The position numbers and the translations under genes are program-made. From positions 1-49,824 of the IMG/VR virus record IMGVR_UViG_3300037484_000772: a stretch of DNA of 49,824 nucleotides, one strand, 5' to 3'. Origin of the DNA: a virus. Its lineage: Duplodnaviria; Caudoviricetes. Positions 33,683 through 41,009 of this stretch are shown here, one piece after another. The notes under the pieces are model-generated. The model saw only the letters and a program-made list of their open reading frames with translations. It did no database searches and was not told the DNA's origin. The number at the start of each line of letters is the position of its first letter. Within the stretch, counting starts at the first letter, position 1.

Positions 33683-35643
33683 GATACCCCGACGACTTCG
33701 CCCACGTCGTCAAACGCCCGCAAGATCACCCACTTACCCGATAGGGTGTACAGGACCTCATCGAATACCCGCTTAAACATCGGCGCGCTGAGGCCATTCA
33801 CGCCCGCCGCGCTCATGCGGACGGTCAGCACGCCGTCCGCGTAGCGCTCAGCCTGGCTGTCCTCAAACCAGTGCCACGCCGTCGGGCTGATCTGACTCTG
33901 AACGTTCGTCAGGACGACCCGCCAAAATTCCTGCGGGCTGTCCCATCCCGGCGGGCTGCTCACCACAGCGGGCGGCTCCAAATGCGACACGCTGTCGTTT
34001 TTGAGCACTGGCTCATCCGTGCCCACGCTGGCCGGCGCGTCTATCGGCGGATCGCCCTCAACCGGAGCGGGTGAAGCGGACGGCTCGCCGCCGGATTCGG
34101 GCGCGCCGATCTCCGGCGCTGTGTCGGGCGATTCCTCGCCAGCATCCGGCGTAGGCGGCTCGTGGGGCAGGGCGTTTACTGCTCCGCCGTCGTCGGGTGG
34201 ATCAACCAGAGTTCCTTCGTCGTCAACCCACACGGTGACCGTATCGCTGACAAACACGACCTTCGCAGCGCCGAGGGGCTGCCGGAACAGCCGATCCAGC
34301 TGCGTGATAATCTCCGCCGCGTAGCGCTTTCCCAACACTTCTACTGCGTGGAGTTTGGGCGTGTAAACCGTCAGCACGCCGTCGGCGAACCGCACGGGAC
34401 GGCTGCCCTCGAACCAGTTGGCGTATTCCGATTTGTTCAGCCGCACTTGAAAGTTACCCAGCAGGATTTGCCAGATGCCCGGCCAGGCCACCGGCGCGCC
34501 GGGCGGCGCATCATTCAGTGTGCCAGGGTCAGTGATAAGCGGCGCGGGCACGGCGCGGGGAATCGGGCCGATGGGCGCTGTCTCAATCGGCTCAACGCCT
34601 TCGCGCAGAGCATGGGCGGACATGAGAAAATCAGCCTCTTCCAGTCGCCGAGCGATCTGGTCAGCCTTCTCGAAATCTGTCTCACCGTGCTCAAGCCCGA
34701 TCTCGGCGATTCTGAGCATCTCCTCGGACGGCCCGCCGCCCTGCCGCATAATGTGCAGCGCCAGGCCGCCGGGGTTATCCACCCGCTTGCGCTGAAGCAC
34801 CTGCCACGCGACGGCCAGCGCATACACCGCGCCTTGAGCGCGCAGTTCAGCCAGCGCGTCAGCACCCAGCAGCAGGCGATCCACAACGGGCCGGATCGTT
34901 TCCCAGTCATCATCACCCGCAGCAGCAGCAGCAGCAGCGTTCAGGACGGGGTGCTCAGCGCCGCCTGGATCAGAATCAACCAATGCTACTGTTGCTGTAG
35001 TCTCTGCTGTAATCTCTGTTGTAATCTCTGTTGTAGTCTCTGTATATGCATCCGCTGGCTCCCCTCGGATGCATTCGTTGGCTCCCAACGTTTGTATCTG
35101 CTGGCCGCCAACGTTTGTATCCGTTGGTTCCCAACGTTTACCGGGATCATCGGGTAACCGTTGGCTCCCAACAGATACGGGCGCAGACGACGGCTCGTTT
35201 TTCCGTTTGCGCTCGGCATCCTCAAACCGTTCTTTTCGCACGGCCTGGATAGTTCCGTCGCTCACCGCCTGGATTAATATCCGGAATTGCTCTGGATCAA
35301 CGCGCAGGTGGGGGACTTTGCGCCCCATAAAATGCCAGACCTGTTTGATGATAATCCCCAGGTCCTCCATGCGACGGATGCTGTCGCGGGCCGTGCCCTC
35401 CGGGATGCGGCATTCGTCCTGCCAATCCCCGTATCCCTTTGCCAGCCAGCGGTAGCCGCTGCGCTCAACGGACAGGCGCGATCCGCCTTTTTTCGCGGGC
35501 GTATGCCAATACATGATCTGCGCAAATAATACGGCATCTACGAGATTGTCGAAGATGTCAATATAGATGCGCCGGAGGGCAATGCTGTCCTCGCGGGCCG
35601 CGTCGCTCTGAAGCCAGCCGCCCAGAAAATCATCCTTACCCAT
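33679..35643 (-). CDS. Replication initiator: N-terminal wHTH, iteron-containing linker, two C-terminal DnaA domain-I-like modules (start 35643, 35655 or 35775)
   Basis: AVLFAQIMYW...W..K...W..E wHTH; WQILL.......KSEYANWF.....DGVLTV and FWRVVL.......PTAWHWF.....DGVLTV. Confidence 0.8.
   Translation of the reverse strand: MGKDDFLGGWLQSDAAREDSIALRRIYIDIFDNLVDAVLFAQIMYWHTPAKKGGSRLSVERSGYRWLAKGYGDWQDECRIPEGTARDSIRRMEDLGIIIKQVWHFMGRKVPHLRVDPEQFRILIQAVSDGTIQAVRKERFEDAERKRKNEPSSAPVSVGSQRLPDDPGKRWEPTDTNVGGQQIQTLGANECIRGEPADAYTETTTEITTEITAETTATVALVDSDPGGAEHPVLNAAAAAAAGDDDWETIRPVVDRLLLGADALAELRAQGAVYALAVAWQVLQRKRVDNPGGLALHIMRQGGGPSEEMLRIAEIGLEHGETDFEKADQIARRLEEADFLMSAHALREGVEPIETAPIGPIPRAVPAPLITDPGTLNDAPPGAPVAWPGIWQILLGNFQVRLNKSEYANWFEGSRPVRFADGVLTVYTPKLHAVEVLGKRYAAEIITQLDRLFRQPLGAAKVVFVSDTVTVWVDDEGTLVDPPDDGGAVNALPHEPPTPDAGEESPDTAPEIGAPESGGEPSASPAPVEGDPPIDAPASVGTDEPVLKNDSVSHLEPPAVVSSPPGWDSPQEFWRVVLTNVQSQISPTAWHWFEDSQAERYADGVLTVRMSAAGVNGLSAPMFKRVFDEVLYTLSGKWVILRAFDDVGEVVGVS
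33980..34002. repeat. Dispersed palindrome copy 3 (AAATGCGACA-CGC-TGTCGTTTTT)
   Basis: Read directly; inside the initiator gene, encoding KNDSVSHL. Confidence 0.8.
34990..35176. repeat. Probable replication origin: five 23-bp iterons plus AT-richer 12-bp repeats
   Basis: Units 35048-70, 35071-93, 35094-116, 35117-139 and 35154-176 (consensus GTATCCGTTGGCTCCCAACGTTT); gtaatctctgtt-type repeats at about 34997-35043. Confidence 0.8.
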
Positions 35644-35848
35644 AGCTGTTTCCATTCCAAATGGGCGGAGCTTCTCGTTGCGGGGAAACTGCGCTATACT
35701 GGCACGCAGTCGCCGCGCGGATCGCCCCGCACGTGTGATTAGTGCCATATGAGGGTTAACGCTCTCGTATGGCACGAACGGTTATATTCACTTTGTAAGT
35801 GTCCCCTTACGGCGCAGATCGTGTTATGATCCCGCGCAGGAGGGGGAA

Positions 35849-36739
35849 ATGAAACTTAAAGAAGCGCTGGAGCAGTACCTTAAGGTCGATCACAGTCAGG
35901 CCACCCGCGAAACCTACCGCAAGTTCCTGGTGCGCTTTGTGGCCGCCATCGGCCCGGAGCGGCCTCTCGACCTGATCCAGCCCGAAGACATCGACGCCTA
36001 CGTCTTCGATATGCGCCAGCAAGATACCAAGTACGTCGATCACCCGACCCGCCCGGCCATCGCCGAGCCGCTGTCATCCGCCACGATCTACAAAAATACC
36101 AAGATGCTCAAGAGCTTCTTCCGCTGGTGCGTAGAGCGCGGCCACCTGATCGCGTCCCCGGCGGCGCATCTCAAAAACTCCAAGCCAGGCCGTAAGCTCG
36201 GCCAGGGCAAAGCGGCCACCGATGAAGAGGTTGAACTCTTGCTGGCCGCGGCGCGCTTTAAGCCGCGCGATCTGGCGATTGTGCGCCTGCTGGCGCAGTC
36301 CGGCTGTCGCGCGGGCGAAGCAGCCAACGTGCGTATCCACGACCTGGACCTGCCCGGCTACCGGGCGCTCGTCAACGGTAAAGGTGATGAGTGGCGCTGG
36401 ATTTTCTTCGACGAAGAAACCGCCGAGATTCTGCGCGCCTGGCTGCGCGAGCGACCCATGACCGATCATGACCGGGTATTTACGTCGTCGCGTGGCGAGC
36501 CGCTGACGGCAGCCGCCGTCTCGCAGGTGATCCGCCGTCTCGGAAAGACCGCCCGCCTGGAGCGTTCGTTAGGATCACACAGCCTGCGCCACCGCGTCGG
36601 GTTAAAATTCGCCCGCGCGCACGTCGCGCCGCGCGTCACCCAGGCTTATCTGGGTCACAAAGACATCGTGGTTACACTGTCCTACTATCAGGACGTGGAC
36701 GAATCCGACCTTTTTGATGCCGGAAAATTGCTGAAATAA
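35849..36739 (+). CDS. int: Tyrosine integrase
   Basis: SGCRAGE, VNGKG, HSLRH, LGH....VTLSYY catalytic residues; adjacent att core. Confidence 0.95.
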   Translation: MKLKEALEQYLKVDHSQATRETYRKFLVRFVAAIGPERPLDLIQPEDIDAYVFDMRQQDTKYVDHPTRPAIAEPLSSATIYKNTKMLKSFFRWCVERGHLIASPAAHLKNSKPGRKLGQGKAATDEEVELLLAAARFKPRDLAIVRLLAQSGCRAGEAANVRIHDLDLPGYRALVNGKGDEWRWIFFDEETAEILRAWLRERPMTDHDRVFTSSRGEPLTAAAVSQVIRRLGKTARLERSLGSHSLRHRVGLKFARAHVAPRVTQAYLGHKDIVVTLSYYQDVDESDLFDAGKLLK

Positions 36740-36776
36740 GCGGGGAAAAATCGGGAGCATCGGGGCGAACGTCTCA

Positions 36777-36821
36777 CGTTTGGGACGCAGAGGTCCCCGG
36801 TTCGAGTCCGGGCACCCCGAC
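36777..36821 (+). mobile_element. attP core: 3' half of tRNA-Pro(UGG)
   Basis: CG-TTTGGGA-CGCAG-AGGTC-CCCGG-TTCGAGT-CCGGG-CACCCCGA gives the anticodon loop, T arm and 3' acceptor strand; no D arm; starts 38 nt after int. Confidence 0.85.
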
Positions 36822-36981
36822 AGGGTTATGGTCCCTAATGTTTCCAAAGGGACCCCAATATCGCACGGATATGCAGTTGTTAACGTGCCCCTGCGGTCTG
36901 AACGCAGGGTGATGGTCTTGCTCGAAACCGCCTGGTGAATTGACGCGCCGGGCGGTTTCGTTTTATACGCCGCGCTGCCGA

Positions 36982-38070
36982 CTATTCGGGCGCAGGCGAC
37001 GGCTTCTGTTCGTACAGGGCGATGGTCGCCTTCAGGCGCTCTGCGTGCTGGTAAATGGCCTCGACACCTTGAATGGCGATCTTCTCTTCCTGCTTGCCGT
37101 GATCAAACAGGCCGATGTACTTTTGGGTGCTGTTAAAATACAGGCGGCAGATCGGCTTGAGCCGGTTATCGTCGAGCAAGACGCCGCAGTAGCTTCGCAC
37201 GTCACGTAACACGATCCGCTTGACATCCACGACGCCGCATAAGATCGCCTTAATGACCAGGTGGCCGTTAATCTCGTCTGGGGTCGTCGTAACCTGATCG
37301 GCGGTTGCATCCGTGCCCGGTTCGGCCACTGCTGGAGTCTCCTGTGTCGCCAGCGCCTCCTTGTCAAGGGCCGTCCTCAATCGCTGCTCGATCCGGTCGT
37401 TGACAAAATCACGGAAGGCCCGCCGGGTGAGTTCGGTAAACTCCGCGACAGCCGCTTGCGTGAAGCGCCGCGTGTAGACCTGCGAAGCGAAGTGCCGGAC
37501 AAAGTGCTCAGTCGGACTGGTAAATTCAGCGGCCAGCAGCGCCTTGATCTCGCGCGTATACTTCAATTCACTCGCCGTCGAGAGGATGTTGTCAATGTCA
37601 AAAGACGACTTCGAGAACCGTTTGAGTTCGTCAACCTGGTTCGCATCGAAGTTGAGCAGGTCAAAGACCAGAAAAGGCTTATCGTCCATTTTGTTCGGCG
37701 CATCCAGGTCGGAGTAAAACCGATAGGTTGCGCCATCCGTCAGGATGCTAAACCGCGCCGCCGTCACCGAAAAGTAGCGGTACAACTGCGAGGCGTGGAC
37801 AATGCTTAAATCCGTACCCAGGCACTTAACCTCAATCAAGAAAATCGGAACACCGTCCCTCAAAATGGCGTAGTCAACCTTCTCGCCCTTCTTGGTTCCG
37901 ATGTCTGCTGTAAATTCGGGCGTGACCTCGCCCGCATCAAATACATCGTAGCCAAGCGCGCTGATAAAGGGCATCACCAGGGCCGTCTTGGTGGCCTCTT
38001 CGGTGGCGATGTGGGCGCGCTGCTTGGGTATCTGGGCAGCTAACTGGGTAAGACGATCTATCAGGTCCAT
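36982..38070 (-). CDS. Type I restriction HsdR N-terminal-domain (PD-(D/E)XK) protein
   Basis: TEEATKTALVMPFISALGYD, KGEKVDYAI, LIEVK, QLYRYF, LTDG; start moved to ATG 38070 with GGAGG RBS. Confidence 0.85.
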   Translation of the reverse strand: MDLIDRLTQLAAQIPKQRAHIATEEATKTALVMPFISALGYDVFDAGEVTPEFTADIGTKKGEKVDYAILRDGVPIFLIEVKCLGTDLSIVHASQLYRYFSVTAARFSILTDGATYRFYSDLDAPNKMDDKPFLVFDLLNFDANQVDELKRFSKSSFDIDNILSTASELKYTREIKALLAAEFTSPTEHFVRHFASQVYTRRFTQAAVAEFTELTRRAFRDFVNDRIEQRLRTALDKEALATQETPAVAEPGTDATADQVTTTPDEINGHLVIKAILCGVVDVKRIVLRDVRSYCGVLLDDNRLKPICRLYFNSTQKYIGLFDHGKQEEKIAIQGVEAIYQHAERLKATIALYEQKPSPAPE

Positions 38071-38173
38071 GTTCCCCCTCCGGGAATGAGTTGTAGACGA
38101 CATTACCAGCGTACCACAGGATTCCAATGTAAGGATCGTGTGACTCGCGCTAATTTGTTAACGTGCTTTCTTG

Positions 38174-38244
38174 CACCCCCGCACCCCTGCCATTTGTCAC
38201 CTTCACCCCTCCCTGCTTGCGGGGAGGGGCTGGGGGGCGGGGTG
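38174..38244. repeat. GC-rich nested palindrome, REP-like element
   Basis: Core CCCCTCCCTGC-TT-GCGGGGAGGGG-CTGGGGG with imperfect outer arms CACCCC...GGGGTG. Confidence 0.6.
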
Positions 38245-38328
38245 TTCTATCGCACGTTCTATCGCGCCCGTGCTAAACTGCCGTCTGGCTGCTCGCGCCT
38301 ATACGCGAACTGCCGGGCCGTCGTGGTG

Positions 38329-38580
38329 TTAGGCCACCGCGACGGCCACCATCTGCCCCTCTTCTTCGTCCTGACGCTGGCGATTTCCGCCCCATTTGAC
38401 GGTATCCTTGACGTTATAGCCTAGCGCGTTGAGACCCTCTACCATCAAATCGCGGGCGATCTCCGATTTTATTGTTGAGGGATTCTCCCTGATGCGCTTG
38501 GTAAACTCGTCAATAAACGCCCGCGCCAAGTCTCCTTGCAGGGTAACGTGTACTCTGAAGGATTTTTGCGACTCTGGCAT
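38329..38580 (-). CDS. RHH-like regulator, candidate immunity repressor
   Basis: Start MPESQK (AAGGAG RBS); RVHVTL beta strand then helices with KSEIARDLM; divergent from the early operon. Confidence 0.7.
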   Translation of the reverse strand: MPESQKSFRVHVTLQGDLARAFIDEFTKRIRENPSTIKSEIARDLMVEGLNALGYNVKDTVKWGGNRQRQDEEEGQMVAVAVA

Positions 38581-38610
38581 AGCGTCTCCTTTTGCTAAAC
38601 GACTTCTTTT

Positions 38611-38639
38611 ATCATAAATCGAAGCGCCACACTTGTCAA
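38611..38639 (-). promoter_or_regulatory. Leftward sigma70-type promoter TTGACA-17-TATGAT
   Basis: Read directly. Confidence 0.8.
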
Positions 38640-38657
38640 CAGGCTCGAATGATCCCA

Positions 38658-38686
38658 TTGACAAGTGTACCACTTGCTGCTATACT
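38658..38686 (+). promoter_or_regulatory. Rightward sigma70-type promoter TTGACA-17-TATACT with operator-like CAAGTG-TAC-CACTTG
   Basis: Read directly; palindrome at 38662-38676. Confidence 0.85.
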
Positions 38687-38745
38687 GTAAGGTGTAAATC
38701 GAACGCAGCACGGGGCCAATGCCCCGGCCAACAGGAGCTAAAACC

Positions 38746-38991
38746 ATGAACCGCAAAATCTACACCAAAGTCGAAGACTACAGCCAGGACCCGCGCTACA
38801 CCGCCCACGTCGAAACCGTTGTCGGCGCGCTGGACGGCATCCGCAGCACGCGCATCGTGTACCGCCCCATCGATGGGCCGACTGGTTCGCCCATCCCGCC
38901 CCGCCCCGCTGCGCCCACCCTCGATCTGACCAAACTGTCTGAAGCCCAGGCATGGGCCGACCATCTGCGCGCCGAACTCAGCGGCGAGTAA
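38746..38991 (+). CDS. First early gene, hypothetical
   Basis: AGGAG RBS with ATG 38746, downstream of the strong promoter. Confidence 0.65.
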   Translation: MNRKIYTKVEDYSQDPRYTAHVETVVGALDGIRSTRIVYRPIDGPTGSPIPPRPAAPTLDLTKLSEAQAWADHLRAELSGE

Positions 38992-39160
38992 CGAAACCGT
39001 ACTCTCCAATCGAACAGAGACTTAAGGTTTTCGGAAATCTCAAGCCTGCCGCAGGCGGGAGGGAGTGTACAATTAGCAGAGACATAAGAGCCTTAGAGAG
39101 TCACCCAACCGAACCATTCGCTAGAACAGGGTTTTACTCATTAACAGAAAGGATTTCTAA

Positions 39161-39457
39161 ATGGAAGGTTTGATGCTCGGTGATGGTGTGGTGCTCAACA
39201 GCCGGTTCGCCTATATCGGCCCGGACCGCAAGCAGGTTATCGAACCCGGCACACCGGGGACGGTGATCGGCTGCAGCAGGCGCAAAGCGCTCGTGCAGTT
39301 TGAAGGGCACATCCCGGTTTACGTGCAGCCGCGTATGCTCAACCTGGTGGACGGCGACGGCACGCGCGTCTTCAGAGGCTTCTCCTGGGATTATTATGCC
39401 CTGCTCGCCCGCGCTGAACACGAAGCCGCGCCCATCGAAGAAGGGGTGGCGCTGTGA
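39161..39457 (+). CDS. Hypothetical protein (SH3/KOW-like)
   Basis: AAGGA RBS; PGTPGTVIG...ALVQF. Confidence 0.6.
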   Translation: MEGLMLGDGVVLNSRFAYIGPDRKQVIEPGTPGTVIGCSRRKALVQFEGHIPVYVQPRMLNLVDGDGTRVFRGFSWDYYALLARAEHEAAPIEEGVAL

Positions 39458-40020
39458 TCGCCTGCATGACGCCCCACTGCCACCATTACGCCGCGCCCGG
39501 CGACGTGCTGTGCGCCGACTGCCGCCGTCAGCGCTGCGACGACGAGGCGCATGACCGGGGCTTTTTCCCCTTTTTCGACGCCCTGCACAGCCTATCTGAT
39601 CCGCTGGCTGAACTGAACAGTGATATTGCTGCCATCGCGCAGCACCTCACATCCCGCGCCCAGGCCGACATCGCCGACATCACCGCCCGCGAAGACGTGA
39701 TCCGCCATTTGCAGCGCAAGCTGGACCTGCGCGGCGAGGCCGTGCGCAAATACAGCACGCTGGCCGCCGCCGAGCGTGCCCGTGCCGATGGCCTGGCGCG
39801 CCAGTTGGCGGGTTTGCAGCAGCAGGTCAACGACTTGAGCGCCGAACTCGCGCAGCGTGACGATCTGGCGGCGGGCGACGGTCAGCGCCGCGACGGATTG
39901 AGCACCGTTGATTCGACTCCGGGGGATGTAACCCCAGAGCACGCCGGATACAACGTACTCTGGGCACGTGTAGACCCGATCACCTGGCGCGACATCGTGT
40001 GGCGCTGGTTCCGGGTTTAG
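39454..40020 (+). CDS. Hypothetical protein with N-terminal Cys/His cluster and coiled coil
   Basis: GTGA coupling; C-x4-C...CADC. Confidence 0.6.
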   Translation: MIACMTPHCHHYAAPGDVLCADCRRQRCDDEAHDRGFFPFFDALHSLSDPLAELNSDIAAIAQHLTSRAQADIADITAREDVIRHLQRKLDLRGEAVRKYSTLAAAERARADGLARQLAGLQQQVNDLSAELAQRDDLAAGDGQRRDGLSTVDSTPGDVTPEHAGYNVLWARVDPITWRDIVWRWFRV

Positions 40021-40085
40021 GTCCTGATTTAGCCCTTTGTTAACACGGGGCGCGTCTTGACCACGCGCCCCAGGAGGCTTAACCA

Positions 40086-41009
40086 ATGAACCCACCCAAA
40101 AGTGTAGCACAGATGATCGCCATGCGCGATCTCTCGGCTGCACGCGAGGCGGCGGCGGCGCTGAACCGCTCCCGCACCCGGCTTTACCCGCCCGGCACGC
40201 GGGTCTTCGTGATGCACCGGCTGGCGCATCGCCCCTACCCGGATGCCCGGCGCGGCCAGCCCATGCAGCGTATCCCGGCGGACGTGGCCGGGCGCTACGC
40301 TGGCCCGGATGACCGGCTCTCCGAATACTACGACGCGGACACGGATCGCCTGTGCCCGATCCACTACCATACCCTCAACCTGCCGGACGGCGACATCATG
40401 CGCGCCCTGCCGGGTGACATCCACTGCCTGGACCTCGTGCCCGCGCCCGCTTCCGCCGTACTCGCGCCTCCCCCGCGCGCGCTGATTCTGCTCGCCGACC
40501 CCCTGGACGGCGTGCGCCGCCTGGTCAGTCATCTGGCCGCCATCGCCCGTGTGTCCGGGCGCGGCCATTGGACGGCTGACGGCGCGCTGCGCCTGGGCAG
40601 CCAGACGAAGTATTGGACGATCCGCCCCGGCGACGCGGTAACGATCATCACCCGCCCGGACGGGTCCCGCGTCACCCACGCCGTCGCGCTGACGCTGGAC
40701 ACGCTGATCGCCCTGGCGCGCACGCTGCGCGAGCGGGCTGCCGAATACGAGATCGCCCGCCTGCTGGCCGATCTGCGGGCTGAATCTCTGCCGTCGCCCG
40801 AAGTCGGCTGGTTCGGCGGCATCCTACACATCGCGTCCGGCGGTTCTCCGCGTCTGCGGATCGTGTGTGGTGGTCGGGGCGTGGTTCTGTCGGATCATAT
40901 CACCGAAGCGCACTGGCGCGACGGCCAGCACGCCGCCCGCGCTCAAACTTACGCCTGTTGGCCCGGCACGCCCGAACTGGGCGCGCGTATTAAAGAGGTG
41001 TTGGCATGA
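40086..41009 (+). CDS. Hypothetical protein
   Basis: AGGAGG RBS; ATGA coupling to the next gene. Confidence 0.65.
   Translation: MNPPKSVAQMIAMRDLSAAREAAAALNRSRTRLYPPGTRVFVMHRLAHRPYPDARRGQPMQRIPADVAGRYAGPDDRLSEYYDADTDRLCPIHYHTLNLPDGDIMRALPGDIHCLDLVPAPASAVLAPPPRALILLADPLDGVRRLVSHLAAIARVSGRGHWTADGALRLGSQTKYWTIRPGDAVTIITRPDGSRVTHAVALTLDTLIALARTLRERAAEYEIARLLADLRAESLPSPEVGWFGGILHIASGGSPRLRIVCGGRGVVLSDHITEAHWRDGQHAARAQTYACWPGTPELGARIKEVLA

Noticed and set aside
35048-35176. CRISPR-like array
   Set aside because: The repeats are mostly contiguous with no unique spacers, lie inside the initiator CDS, and there are no cas genes. They fit iterons.
107-35529. Many long plus-strand ORFs (e.g. 14051-15463, 6529-7404, 34162-35157)
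   Set aside because: These are antisense shadows of well-supported minus-strand genes in GC-rich DNA, with no recognisable motifs.
36761-36821. Complete or D-armless tRNA-Pro gene (CGGGGCG at 36761 can nearly pair with CACCCCG)
   Set aside because: No D arm and a broken 5' anticodon stem. The CGGGG is one of several short CGGG(G/A) repeats after int that may be arm-type sites. An attP core explains it better.
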